A stretch of 64,000 bases of DNA from Lachnospiraceae bacterium (GCA_015057625.1 SVDZ01000011.1:30644-94643); one strand, 5' to 3'. Counted from the stretch's first letter, positions 28,461 to 38,860 are shown. A program made the numbers and translations. Notes: a model not told the origin generated them from the sequence alone.

Positions 28461-30334
28461 TAGTCCCTACCTCCGCGCATATCTCCGCAACCAAAATGGT
28501 CACATCTCAAACATCTGCCTGATTCTCTGTCAGCCTCCTCAGGAGTCATAGGCACCTCTACGTGTTCAAAATCTTTTCGCCTCTCAAAGGGATCGCGTTC
28601 CTCAATCTCAGCTCTACCGGTAGGAATACACTTATTTGGCATAGCAAAAGGCGTCTGCACATCATAATCCACTATATGATGATATCCTAAATATTCGTCT
28701 ATATTGTAAGCTGCAACCTGTCCTGCCGCTATGGCATTTATGGCAGTGGACGGACCTGTAACACAGTCACCCCCTGAAAAAATACCCTTGCTTTCCTTTA
28801 TGGCAGTTTCTGTGTCTGACCCCTCCTCTGCAAATTTGACACTGCAGGTTTCATCTGCAAGAATCCTTCCTCTCTCGACAGGAATTCCTTCTTTTTCAAA
28901 GTCAGCCACATCACATCTTTGACCAACTCCGAGAATAAGAAGGTCACACTTGAATCTATAAGGATATGCGCTGGAATGTTCTGTAGTCACAAATCCCATT
29001 GAATCAAATTCACCCACAATCTGAGGTTGTAGCCATACTGCAGCTATTTTATTTTCATCTTCAACGCTCTCCTCGAAATGTAGGAAATTGAGAAGTGTTC
29101 TGAATATAACTCCTTCTTCCTTGGCACTTTCTATCTCACTCTCAAGCGCTGTGTAATCGTCTCTTTTTCTTGTAAATACATTTACGGTTTTGGCATTAAG
29201 TCTTATAGCGGTTCTTGCCGCATCCATTGATACATTTCCTCCGCCAATAAGAACAACATCTTTTCCTGAAAGATCCATCTTCTCGCCTGCAGCTATTTTC
29301 TGTAAAAAGTCTGCTGCAGGTATTACATTTTCTGCATCGCTGTTCTCTACAGGCATTCGGTTTCCTATCTGAGCTCCAAGTCCCAGATACAGAGCATCAT
29401 ATTTTTCTCTCAGTTCCTTAACCGAAATATCTCTGCCAACTTTTGTATTAAGATGTACTTCTATATCTCCGCTCTTTAGTATAGCGTTGATATCCTCATC
29501 TAATTTATCCTTTGGAAGCCTGTATTCCGGAATGCCGTATCTGAGCATGCCTCCTAATTTTTCGTGTTCATCATATACCACAACTTTATGTCCCATCATA
29601 GTAAGGAAGTATGCAGCTGTAAGTCCTGAAGGACCTCCACCGACTATACCCACAGTCTTTCCTGTATCCACATTTCTGGTAGGAGTGTCCACCTGATCTG
29701 CCGGTATCTGATCCACTGCATATTTTTTAAGTCCCCTGATGTTAATCGGCTGGTCCACAATACTTCTTCGACAGCGTTTCTCACAAGGATGCTCGCAAAC
29801 ATAAGCGCAAGCTGTCGGAAATGGATTTTTCTTTCTTATTGTGTTTATCGCTCCGGCATAATCATGTTCGTGAATAAGTGCCACATACCCCGGCACATCT
29901 ACGTGAGCAGGACACAGAGTCAGACACGGTACTGTCTGAATAACATTCTCAACGCATCTCCTATTCTTGATGTGGCTCTCATACTCATCTGCAAATTCAT
30001 GTAAACTGTCGAGCACTGTATTTGCAGCTACCACACCTACTGCACAATCAGCAGTTTTTGTAATCATTACACACAACTCTTCCAGCTTTTTGAGGGTATC
30101 AGAAGTTCCCTCTCCCTCAAGAATAGCCCCCAACATCCTGTCTGCCTCCACTAGTCCATCTCTGCATGGAATACATTTTCCGCAACTCTGATTCATAGAC
30201 ATCTGCAAAATAGATCTGTACATAACAAGTGGACACATCCCAGGTGGATATGATGTAAGCCTAGATTTAAATTTGTTTAGAACGATTTCCATTCTATCGT
30301 TCATATTTCCCCTTTTCGCTAATTCTTTCGCCAT
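28460..30334 (-). CDS. NuoF-like Fe-S module fused to a GltD-like FAD/NAD(P)-binding oxidoreductase; presumed electron-transfer partner of FdhA
   Basis: SCGKCIPCRDG, then VGIVGGGPSGLTAA dinucleotide motifs. The stop overlaps the fdhA start by 1 nt (TAATG). Confidence 0.8.
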   Translation of the reverse strand: MAKELAKRGNMNDRMEIVLNKFKSRLTSYPPGMCPLVMYRSILQMSMNQSCGKCIPCRDGLVEADRMLGAILEGEGTSDTLKKLEELCVMITKTADCAVGVVAANTVLDSLHEFADEYESHIKNRRCVENVIQTVPCLTLCPAHVDVPGYVALIHEHDYAGAINTIRKKNPFPTACAYVCEHPCEKRCRRSIVDQPINIRGLKKYAVDQIPADQVDTPTRNVDTGKTVGIVGGGPSGLTAAYFLTMMGHKVVVYDEHEKLGGMLRYGIPEYRLPKDKLDEDINAILKSGDIEVHLNTKVGRDISVKELREKYDALYLGLGAQIGNRMPVENSDAENVIPAADFLQKIAAGEKMDLSGKDVVLIGGGNVSMDAARTAIRLNAKTVNVFTRKRDDYTALESEIESAKEEGVIFRTLLNFLHFEESVEDENKIAAVWLQPQIVGEFDSMGFVTTEHSSAYPYRFKCDLLILGVGQRCDVADFEKEGIPVERGRILADETCSVKFAEEGSDTETAIKESKGIFSGGDCVTGPSTAINAIAAGQVAAYNIDEYLGYHHIVDYDVQTPFAMPNKCIPTGRAEIEERDPFERRKDFEHVEVPMTPEEADRESGRCLRCDHFGCGDMRGGRD

Positions 30335-30536
30335 AAGTTTTTACCTCATTATCTCTTGTTTCTATTCAATTGTTCCGTTCAAAAAATATATTTCTATTTT
30401 ACTCTTTTTTAAAAACAAAAGCAACGATTTATAGCACGCCTGATTATCCCTAAAAAAAGAAAAACCACCAAACAATATTTCTATCATCTGATGGTTTTAA
30501 TACTTATTTCATTCACTTTTTTCAGAAAACTGAATC

Positions 30537-31283
30537 TCATTTTTCGATCATATTTTCCAAAACCTTTATGAATTCTCTCCAATCCTCAATATAAAGATGT
30601 TCGCAATCCACTTTAAGACCGTCATTTATTTTTTTCATTGGATCGTTCTCTTCGTCTGTCTCTCCATTGTAAAGAACCGGGAATATTCCGGCGTTGTGAG
30701 CTCCGACAACGTCTGCCGCAATGCTGTCACCGCAATACCACACCTCGTCCGGTGTAAGCCCGGCTTTTTTTAATGCTACATCAAACATCATTCTATTAGG
30801 CTTAGTGAAAACATATTCACTTGAGGTAAGCACGAATTCAAATTTATTATTCGGTAAAAACCTGTTTAATCTCTCCTTTAAAGCTTCACCTGAAAAGCAC
30901 AAATTACTTATTACTCCGGTACGTATCCCCTGTTGATCCATAAATTCTAACATTTCATCCACATAGGGCATTTTGGCACCCTTTGAAATACCATACCAGA
31001 TAATTTGCTCAGCCTCCGGAATCGAAACAGACAATTCTATTCCAAGATAATCCATAACCATCTGCAAAAAGCAGTGCTCATGAACTTCAATATTGGGACC
31101 TCTCTCTGCTTTTACTTCAGCCAACAGCGCCATAACTGTTCTGTTAAATTCATCGAATGTAACATTATAAGGATTACTCTTAACGTAATTCCAAATTGCT
31201 CTGTTACCATTGTCTGTATCATGGTTAGGCTCATACAAAAGTGTATGACCGTAATCAAATATTATCATCTTAGGTTTAATCAT
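30537..31283 (-). CDS. HAD-family hydrolase
   Basis: IIFDYGHTL (degenerate motif I), VISN, CGDSIAADV. Confidence 0.75.
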   Translation of the reverse strand: MIKPKMIIFDYGHTLLYEPNHDTDNGNRAIWNYVKSNPYNVTFDEFNRTVMALLAEVKAERGPNIEVHEHCFLQMVMDYLGIELSVSIPEAEQIIWYGISKGAKMPYVDEMLEFMDQQGIRTGVISNLCFSGEALKERLNRFLPNNKFEFVLTSSEYVFTKPNRMMFDVALKKAGLTPDEVWYCGDSIAADVVGAHNAGIFPVLYNGETDEENDPMKKINDGLKVDCEHLYIEDWREFIKVLENMIEK

Positions 31284-31307
31284 TTTGATTGTTCCTCTCT
31301 GTAGTCG

Positions 31308-32063
31308 TTATTCCGTAAAACTGTAATTTTTGATTATCTCGAGAATATCATTCTTGTAAACATTTCCATCCAACACATCACCGTTTGGTGAAAAACTGAT
31401 TGCTCTGACATCTCTTGGATCTTCCTCATAAGGCGACTCAAACTCCTTGCCCTCAAAATATTCTCCAAAATATTTTAATGCATTTCCACTTGGGAAAATC
31501 ACATTTCCGGATCCTATTTTAAGATTCAATTCATCAAATTCTTTCAGAAGTTTTCTTGTCTGATTATTGTATTCATTGTCATCGTCTTCACTAACCAACC
31601 ATGCAGGACTAAGCTTTATCGGCACCCCTGCTTTTGAAATACATTTTGCAAAATACATTACCGGTTCCAGCGGAATTGTTTCCTGATGAAAAGCATCTAT
31701 CGATAACAGTATTTCATTCACTCCGCTGTCTTTCAGATTATTTGCAACTTCTTCTATTCTTCCAAAGTCCTTTGAAAAATAGCCGTTGGTAATCAGCTGT
31801 CTTTTCCCAATTCCCATTTGGGTTGCAACCTTATGAATATCACAAACTGCCTCCGGATAAATCAGCGGTTCGCCGCCAAAAGTCATCAGCGATTCAATGT
31901 CGTAATGTTCACACACTTCTCTGATTGATTTTTTGACAATATCCACGTCAACATGCCCTGTACAATTAATGTGTTCTCCCTGAGAGCAGTGCTTGCATCT
32001 TCCTGTACAAGCCAATGTTACAACTACTTCGATTCTTTTTAAATTCTTAACATATTCATTCAT
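31308..32063 (-). CDS. Radical SAM protein
   Basis: CTGRCKHCS CxxxCxxC motif, GGEPL. Confidence 0.8.
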   Translation of the reverse strand: MNEYVKNLKRIEVVVTLACTGRCKHCSQGEHINCTGHVDVDIVKKSIREVCEHYDIESLMTFGGEPLIYPEAVCDIHKVATQMGIGKRQLITNGYFSKDFGRIEEVANNLKDSGVNEILLSIDAFHQETIPLEPVMYFAKCISKAGVPIKLSPAWLVSEDDDNEYNNQTRKLLKEFDELNLKIGSGNVIFPSGNALKYFGEYFEGKEFESPYEEDPRDVRAISFSPNGDVLDGNVYKNDILEIIKNYSFTE

Positions 32064-32307
32064 AATTAACTACATTCCTTTCAAAAACAAACCACTCACA
32101 TCCAAGTTATTCGGATGGAGTTTCATTCTAATTTACAATTAAACTTCTTAGTTATTTTTCTGTTTAAGGCGATGCAGTTCTGACAACATATTTTCAATTA
32201 ACCTCGATACAACCTGTTGCCAATATTAGAACTGCATCGAGTTTCTAATTCGTTTTCTCATTTTAAACACTCCTATTATAGTTCTTCAAAAGGCTTCACC
32301 GGCCCCT

Positions 32308-32550
32308 TCACTTATTCTCTCTTAGGAACTCCATTATCTTTTCATAATTTTCAGGGACATGCGGGAACACACATTTAGAACAGTCCTTAATCTTCCTGTC
32401 TCCCTTATCTATAAACGACGGATTTCCCAGACACTTTTCCTTTGTGTACATCGGGCAATAACAAAACATACAGTTAAAATCCTCCAAGCCCTTATGACAT
32501 GGAAAATACTTACAATCCCTATTCTCAAAAAACTTATATGAATTCTGCAT
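32308..32550 (-). CDS. Cysteine-rich small domain protein
   Basis: CKYFPCHKGLEDFNCMFCYCPMY pattern. Confidence 0.65.
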   Translation of the reverse strand: MQNSYKFFENRDCKYFPCHKGLEDFNCMFCYCPMYTKEKCLGNPSFIDKGDRKIKDCSKCVFPHVPENYEKIMEFLRENK

Positions 32551-32620
32551 TTTTTACTCCATCTCTGTTCTACTATAAAAACTACTCTTCTGTTTCGTAT
32601 ACAAATATTTTTGTTCCGTC

Positions 32621-33040
32621 TTATTTTTCATTGTTTTTTTCTTTATTCTTTGGTCGAAAAATATAATAAATCCCAAGAAATACAACAGTGAAAACATTAA
32701 CTATAATCATAAAAGCCGGTAGTTGTTCTATATAAATACCCACTTGTATCAATATAGGAATATATTCTATTGTTCCTGTTTTTCCAAACTTCCATCGAAT
32801 AAGGTTCAACACCAACAATAGTGCTAATGGATATAGCGAAATAGCAAAAGTTATAATTGGGAAAACAAGAGCTGCTTTCCCTTTGCTTTTTCTGGTGATT
32901 ACAACTTGTACAATAATCAATATCACTATCAATCCAATAATTATAATAACCAGAGGAATTCTTTCCGCCAACCACATCAATAGAACCAGTAGCATCATAA
33001 ACAGAATTTTAACCGCATCAAACAATATCTTTATATCCAT
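32621..33040 (-). CDS. Small integral membrane protein
   Basis: 4 hydrophobic segments. Start placed at MDIKILFD with RBS GGAGGA. Confidence 0.6.
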   Translation of the reverse strand: MDIKILFDAVKILFMMLLVLLMWLAERIPLVIIIIGLIVILIIVQVVITRKSKGKAALVFPIITFAISLYPLALLLVLNLIRWKFGKTGTIEYIPILIQVGIYIEQLPAFMIIVNVFTVVFLGIYYIFRPKNKEKNNEK

Positions 33041-33060
33041 ACATTTCCTCCTTTTCGTTA

Positions 33061-33828
33061 TTAAGATTCCATGTAATACCATGTCAAAAATATTTTATGC
33101 TTTATAGAAAATTCTTCCGGATATTTTTCCTCAAGCATCTTTCTGTGTTCATAGTCAAATTGTATCAGCTGCTCTTCATTCATAGATGCCATAACTCCTC
33201 GACTTGCCATCATACGCCCATGCCATGTTTCTCTTGTAAATGGCAAATCTACAATAACTGTATCCATATGTGGATTTTCAAAATAATGTGTAGTCAAATC
33301 TTTAACTGGTGCAGAAGAGCCATTCCAATTAGTATTAATCATCTTTACCAGTCTGTTTGAATCCTGAGCTATAGACTCTTCTTTCATGTAGCTCATATAT
33401 AATTTTAGGAACATTCCTCCTGGCTTAAGCATTTTTTTAATAACCGGGACAATGATATTTGGATCGAAATACCAGAAACATTGGCAGGCTGTAATCACGT
33501 CAAAATAATTTTGCGGATATTCAATGTTTTCAGCTGCTACCGCTTCATATTTGATATTATCTATACCTTTTGACAATTCTATTGCCTCTTCAATCTGCTC
33601 TTTCGCAATATCTGTGGCTATAATATTTGCCCCATACTTTGCCAAACCTCTTGGAATTACACCTGTACCAGTTCCAAGATCAAGCCAATTACTATCCTGC
33701 TTTCCCACTCCTATTTGGTACAATTTATCAAACAATTCTTCCGGATAAATATCTCTATACTGAGCATATGCCTTTGAACTTTTTCCAAAATCAAATTGCT
33801 TTCCCGCATCAATAAATACTTTTTCCAT
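33061..33828 (-). CDS. Class I SAM-dependent methyltransferase
   Basis: Motif I WLDLGTGTGVIP. Confidence 0.85.
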   Translation of the reverse strand: MEKVFIDAGKQFDFGKSSKAYAQYRDIYPEELFDKLYQIGVGKQDSNWLDLGTGTGVIPRGLAKYGANIIATDIAKEQIEEAIELSKGIDNIKYEAVAAENIEYPQNYFDVITACQCFWYFDPNIIVPVIKKMLKPGGMFLKLYMSYMKEESIAQDSNRLVKMINTNWNGSSAPVKDLTTHYFENPHMDTVIVDLPFTRETWHGRMMASRGVMASMNEEQLIQFDYEHRKMLEEKYPEEFSIKHKIFLTWYYMES

Positions 33829-33886
33829 CTCTCATCCTCCCAGCATCTTAGATTAATGTTGCTAATTCCTCTTTCAAAACTAGCAT

Positions 33887-34627
33887 TTAATTTCCTCCAC
33901 ATCTGATATATTCAATCAGTTCCTTCCAACTTCCGATTTCCATATATGGCACTTTTGTATCTACGCTGTACTCACAATCAATGTATGTAGGATAAAAAAC
34001 CGGCTTCATTCCAAAATTAAAAGCGCCTTCAATATCACACAGCAAATTGTCTCCGCAAAACCAGATTTCTTCCGGCTTTAACTTTGCCTTTTTTGTTGCC
34101 ATCTCAAAAATGAATGGGTGTGGTTTTCTGAACAAATAGCTGTTAGACGCCAAATAAAATTCAAACCAATTTTGCGGAATCAGCGTATCTATTCTTCTTT
34201 TCAACAATCCGGAACTGTTCATCATATTGCTGATAACACCGGTCCTTATATTATTTTCCTGCAAATAGGCCAACAACTCTTCTATTCCCTCTGTGGGTTC
34301 TGCCCATTCCAATGTGGCATTATCCCAGAATTTTCCCTGAACCTCTTCCATATCCACGTCAAATTCCAGTCCCAAAGATTCATACACGTATGTGTCAAAA
34401 CCTTTGCAATTTATCTCCAGTAATTGTTCATGTCGGTTGCTTTCCTGAATACGTTGGCTTTCTTTAAATACTCTATTAACCTGCTGCTGCAACTCATGGG
34501 CAGTTATATTTTCCGGATTTTTGGTTGCAATACTAAGTACTGCTTCATTACCCTTTATTGCATCAAACTTTTTTTCATTTACTAACGTCTGCCCATAGTC
34601 AAACAAAATCATCTTTGGTTTTTGCAT
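33887..34627 (-). CDS. HAD-family hydrolase (paralog of 30537-31283)
   Basis: ILFDYGQTL, VISN, CGDNLLCDI. Same length and motif spacing as the other HAD gene. Confidence 0.75.
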   Translation of the reverse strand: MQKPKMILFDYGQTLVNEKKFDAIKGNEAVLSIATKNPENITAHELQQQVNRVFKESQRIQESNRHEQLLEINCKGFDTYVYESLGLEFDVDMEEVQGKFWDNATLEWAEPTEGIEELLAYLQENNIRTGVISNMMNSSGLLKRRIDTLIPQNWFEFYLASNSYLFRKPHPFIFEMATKKAKLKPEEIWFCGDNLLCDIEGAFNFGMKPVFYPTYIDCEYSVDTKVPYMEIGSWKELIEYIRCGGN

Positions 34628-34682
34628 TTTCCCCTCACTATTTACAAACCATCTCCACCAAAATCAATGGTACTTACATCTC

Positions 34683-35708
34683 TTAATCTTGTAATCCCAA
34701 CAGTTCATTCACATATCTCACTGCCTGATCAAATCTGCTATTATAATCACCTGTTATAATCTTGTAATCAAAATTATGCTTTTCATACAAGGCTTTTATC
34801 ATTTCGCTGTATTTTTTTCTGTCAGCTGCAATGACCTCACTTCGATCACCGTCTTGCACCCACTCTACATCAGGCTCTAGAAACAAAATCAAATCGTATG
34901 TGTTTAGTGCAGAAATCGCCTCCGCAAGAAGAGCATTATTTTCTATATTTTCATCTTCTAAAAATCCCATATAAAAGCGTGTCACCAAACAATCTGTATC
35001 TTCAAACAACACTTTGTTGGCTTGCTCAATCAATCGATATTCTTTCGCCTTGTGTTCCAACAAAATCCTAGTGAAGTCATCAGAGAGCATATACACATCT
35101 GTCCCTGAAAGTTCAGATAATTCTCTCCCTACTTCTTCAAGATATACCGTATTATAGTAGTTTGCAAGATTTATTGTAAGTGTTGATTTGCCAACACTCT
35201 CACCACCTATAAGCAGCACCTTTTTGGTAAAATATGATCTTACAATCTGTGGCATTTCATCCCATCGTCCATACAAATCATTTCTTATGTCAGTTGAGTT
35301 GAAGTGATTTCTTTTAAATACTATAAATTCAGATTCTTCATAGCACTTATTCCAAAAGCTGCTTTCATCGTAGTCATCTCCGCAAAAAACCGCATCTATC
35401 TTTTTTCCTATTGCATCTTTGACTATCTCACAGTCTTTCTTCCAATATTCTTCTGTATATTGTTCTTTTGAATCAAGCTCATCTTTTAATGGAATAATAT
35501 GCACATTTCCCAGATGCTTTGTCAGTTGATATACCCATCTAATTTTCACTTTAAGAGGAATATCAGAGGCATTTTCTCTATATGAAATAATTACATATAA
35601 CTCATCACACAATCCTGCCGCCTTAATGATGCATTCTAAATGTCCAAGGTGTAGCGGATTGAAACAGCCTCCATACATACCAACATTATATTTCTTTCCC
35701 TTTGGCAT
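34683..35708 (-). CDS. nadR: NadR-type NMN adenylyltransferase / ribosylnicotinamide kinase (no HTH domain)
   Basis: GGCFNPLHLGHL (HxGH nucleotidyltransferase) plus P-loop GGESVGKST. RBS AGGAGG precedes the ATG at 35708. Adjacent to pnuC. Confidence 0.75.
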   Translation of the reverse strand: MPKGKKYNVGMYGGCFNPLHLGHLECIIKAAGLCDELYVIISYRENASDIPLKVKIRWVYQLTKHLGNVHIIPLKDELDSKEQYTEEYWKKDCEIVKDAIGKKIDAVFCGDDYDESSFWNKCYEESEFIVFKRNHFNSTDIRNDLYGRWDEMPQIVRSYFTKKVLLIGGESVGKSTLTINLANYYNTVYLEEVGRELSELSGTDVYMLSDDFTRILLEHKAKEYRLIEQANKVLFEDTDCLVTRFYMGFLEDENIENNALLAEAISALNTYDLILFLEPDVEWVQDGDRSEVIAADRKKYSEMIKALYEKHNFDYKIITGDYNSRFDQAVRYVNELLGLQD

Positions 35709-36408
35709 TGTTTTCCTCCTGTTCTTTTGTTCCTTTATACCACTGAACAAACATAATTATCGCATTAGCGAGAAATACTGTCCACATAAGAAGAACTGCC
35801 ACACTTGCTCCGTCTGTAAACAATGCATATACCCACATAATAACTGAAACAACATCTACAAAAATCCATATAACCCATTGTTCCATAAATCTCTTAATCA
35901 TAAGTACCTGGGCAATTACTGAAAATACCGTGCTCATGCTGTCGACTATAGGAAGATTTCCTCCTAACAACTTAAGAACGTATGCATAACCAAATACACC
36001 AAGCGCACTTATCACCGCAAGCAAGATATCCTGCTGCCATGTCATTCTTCTCTTATACACGACATTTGTCTCTTTATCTACATTTTTTGCCCACAAAACC
36101 CATCCGAGAATATTTGTTGGGAAATAATACAAAAGGTTCAGCATAACGTCACCGTAATATTTTGCCTTCCAGGCTATTATAGCATACAAAATAACATTGA
36201 TTGTTCCAAAAAAATAATTTGAAACTTTTCCCATGCCGCACAATATTACGCAAATAACACCGGTTATAGCTGCTGCAATTCCAATAACTGAATCTTTCTG
36301 ATAAACAGATACTCCTAAAATCACAATATTAGCAAACAGCATCCAGATGATCTGCCACTTTTTCCACCCGGTTAATTCTCTTTTGATATTTTCCTTTAAC
36401 TCATTCAT
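35686..36408 (-). CDS. pnuC: Nicotinamide riboside transporter PnuC
   Basis: 240 aa, 7-8 transmembrane segments, W-rich PnuC pattern (WQIIWM, WVIWIFVD), nadR neighbour. Confidence 0.8.
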   Translation of the reverse strand: MNELKENIKRELTGWKKWQIIWMLFANIVILGVSVYQKDSVIGIAAAITGVICVILCGMGKVSNYFFGTINVILYAIIAWKAKYYGDVMLNLLYYFPTNILGWVLWAKNVDKETNVVYKRRMTWQQDILLAVISALGVFGYAYVLKLLGGNLPIVDSMSTVFSVIAQVLMIKRFMEQWVIWIFVDVVSVIMWVYALFTDGASVAVLLMWTVFLANAIIMFVQWYKGTKEQEENNAKGKEI

Positions 36409-36520
36409 TTAATATCCCTTCCTTCCTATAAATTATAGTATAAGACTACGTTAAGTAAAACTACTATTCAAGCATTTTTTTATTGAAGCTTCATGTTGAT
36501 ATTCTACAACATTAAAGACT

Positions 36521-36590
36521 AAAAATGGTCGCCGGATTGGCGACATTGTTAATAAAAAATGCACCCAAAATGTATTTACATTTCAGATGC
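36521..36590 (-). terminator. Two tandem terminators downstream of the lipoprotein gene
   Basis: GCATCTGAAATGTA/TACATTTTGGGTGC plus T-run, then GTCGCC-AATCC-GGCGAC plus TTTTT (read on the minus strand). Confidence 0.6.
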
Positions 36591-36609
36591 ATTAATCATT
36601 CATTTAGTA

Positions 36610-37077
36610 TTAATAACCTAATTCTTTAATTACGTCTTTAACTGAATCTTTGTAAGTCTCTTCCACATGAATATAAAGTAATGTAGTATCAACTCTGCAA
36701 AGGTACATATATGAACCATCACTTGTCAATGAATAAGTCGCGTAATTTCCTAAGCTGACTGATGACTCAGCTGAAACATTTCCTTTGCTTGCCTCAAATG
36801 TATTTTTGTTAGTGGTAAACATTCCTTCTGTATTTGCCTCATTATCAATACTGTAGAACTCAATCTGATATCCATCCGGATGTTGTGCAATTGTAGCTTC
36901 TTTAACATGATCAAATTCAGCATACTGACTGGTTGCATCAGTTGTAGTAAAGCCGAGGCTCTCGGTTTTTGATATAAACTCACTTGTTGTGATTGCCTTC
37001 TTTTTGCCACAACCTGTTAACGCCAAAACAATAATAATACATAACGCTCCGATAATACTAATTTTTTTCATTTTCAT
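36610..37077 (-). CDS. Lipoprotein of unknown function
   Basis: Signal peptide with lipobox LALTGC. Confidence 0.7.
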   Translation of the reverse strand: MKMKKISIIGALCIIIVLALTGCGKKKAITTSEFISKTESLGFTTTDATSQYAEFDHVKEATIAQHPDGYQIEFYSIDNEANTEGMFTTNKNTFEASKGNVSAESSVSLGNYATYSLTSDGSYMYLCRVDTTLLYIHVEETYKDSVKDVIKELGY

Positions 37078-37093
37078 TTTCTCCTCCTTAAAT

Positions 37094-38506
37094 TTAGATT
37101 GATTCCAATCTTATAGTGTTTGTGTTGCCTGATTTACCTCCGGCAGAACCACCTGTGAGTACTACATTATCGCCCTTTTCAAGACCAAATACATTCTTGG
37201 CATGCTGAAGCGCATGATAGAACATTACGTCCACTGAATTGAACTCCTCACTCAGTACAGGTGTTACTCCCCAACTCAGATTAAGCTTTCTCCACGCCTT
37301 CTCAGATGTAGTCATTCCTATAATGTCAACAGGTGGTCTGAAACGGCTTACCATTCGCACTGTAATACCAGACAACGAACTAATGACAATTCCCTTTGCC
37401 CCTGTGTCAATTGCCATGGCACAAGTCGCATGGGAAACGGCATCTATATTGCTCTTAATCACATAATCTGTGTTGGAAAATCTCTTTGTATAATCAATCT
37501 TTGTCTCTGTGTACTCTGCTATCTCTGCCATATTCTTAACTGCAGCAACAGGATACTTTCCTGATGCAGACTCACCGGATAACATGATAGCTGAAGATCC
37601 ATCGTAAACCGCGTTGGCGACGTCAGAAATCTCTGCTCTGGTTGGACGTGGATTTTGAATCATTGACTCTAACATTTCTGTTGCTGTGATAACTCGCTTT
37701 CCAAGAAGTCTACATTTCTTAATTAAGAACTTCTGAATAGATGGCACCTCAACAAATGGGATTTCAACGCCAAGGTCACCTCTGGCTACCATGATTCCGT
37801 CAGCGATATCACATATTTCTTCTATATTTTCAACTCCTGCGCGGTTCTCAATCTTTGCTATAACATCAATGTCATTTCCACCATTGCTATTTAAAAATTC
37901 TCTTACTGAATTGATATCGCTCTTGGTAGATACAAATGACGCCGCTATGTAATCAACATCATTTTGAATTCCGAAAAGAATATCATCTTTGTCCTGTTCG
38001 CTGAGATAATCACCTTTCAATATGTGATTTGGGAAGTTCATACTCTTTCTGTCTGACAATTCACCCCCAGCGATAACCTTGCATATAGCTTCTGTTTTCT
38101 TAAGTTCCACAACCTCAAAAATCAACAATCCGTTATTAACAAGAATTCTCTCACCTACTTTTATTTCATTAATGAGGTTCTTGTAATTGACAGACACTCT
38201 CTGCTCATTTCCTTCCACATCATCAACTGTAAATATGAACTGGTCGCCTTCTTTTAATACTATTTTGTGATTTTCAAAAGTCTTGATTCTGTATTCCGGT
38301 CCCTTTGTATCAAGCATGATAGCTATTGGCAAATTTAATTTTTCTCTGACTTTTTTAATCAAATCTATCTTTGTCTGATGTTCCTCATGGGTTCCATGGG
38401 AAAAATTCAGTCTTGCAACATTCATTCCAGCCATACACATCTTTGTAAGTATTTCTTCATTTTCACTTGCCGGTCCAATGGTACAAATAATCTTTGTCTT
38501 CCTCAT
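37094..38506 (-). CDS. pyk: Pyruvate kinase
   Basis: MRKTKIICTIGPAS, NVARLNFSHG, MVARGDLGVEIP. Confidence 0.95.
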   Translation of the reverse strand: MRKTKIICTIGPASENEEILTKMCMAGMNVARLNFSHGTHEEHQTKIDLIKKVREKLNLPIAIMLDTKGPEYRIKTFENHKIVLKEGDQFIFTVDDVEGNEQRVSVNYKNLINEIKVGERILVNNGLLIFEVVELKKTEAICKVIAGGELSDRKSMNFPNHILKGDYLSEQDKDDILFGIQNDVDYIAASFVSTKSDINSVREFLNSNGGNDIDVIAKIENRAGVENIEEICDIADGIMVARGDLGVEIPFVEVPSIQKFLIKKCRLLGKRVITATEMLESMIQNPRPTRAEISDVANAVYDGSSAIMLSGESASGKYPVAAVKNMAEIAEYTETKIDYTKRFSNTDYVIKSNIDAVSHATCAMAIDTGAKGIVISSLSGITVRMVSRFRPPVDIIGMTTSEKAWRKLNLSWGVTPVLSEEFNSVDVMFYHALQHAKNVFGLEKGDNVVLTGGSAGGKSGNTNTIRLESI

Positions 38507-38689
38507 ATTTTTCCTTTCCTTTATGCTTTAAGAATTATTATCTTAGTTTCCTCTCAATTTTACATCCATTCCGTATTATAACACTTGATTTTTATAAAAC
38601 AAACACTAATTATAAATATTGGTGAAAATAACTATAAATAATTATATATTGTCATTATGCAAAAAAACAAAAAATAACTAAAAAAACTG

Positions 38690-38718
38690 TTTACAAATCC
38701 ACTTTGATATAGTAGAAT
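38690..38718 (+). promoter_or_regulatory. Putative promoter of tRNA-Gly
   Basis: TTTACA - 17 nt - TAGAAT, about 30 nt upstream of the tRNA 5' end. Confidence 0.45.
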
Positions 38719-38746
38719 AATTCTTGCGTGTGAAACACGTAACAAT

Positions 38747-38818
<72 letters not shown>

Positions 38819-38825
38819 TAGTAAA

Positions 38826-38860
38826 AAACAAGGTCATCCAAATGGATGGCCTTGTTTTTT
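38826..38860 (+). terminator. Terminator after tRNA-Gly
   Basis: AACAAGGTCATCCA / TGGATGGCCTTGTT stem followed by TTTTTT. Confidence 0.75.

Noticed and set aside
30335-30536. Moco riboswitch upstream of the FDH/Moco cluster
   Set aside because: The leader shows only an upstream terminator hairpin and an AT-rich promoter-like region. I saw no conserved Moco-motif features, but only cmsearch can exclude it formally.
36409-36520. NAD-related (pnuC-motif) riboswitch upstream of pnuC
   Set aside because: A promoter-like TTGAAT...TATAAT lies only about 30 nt from the RBS. That leaves no room for a structured aptamer.
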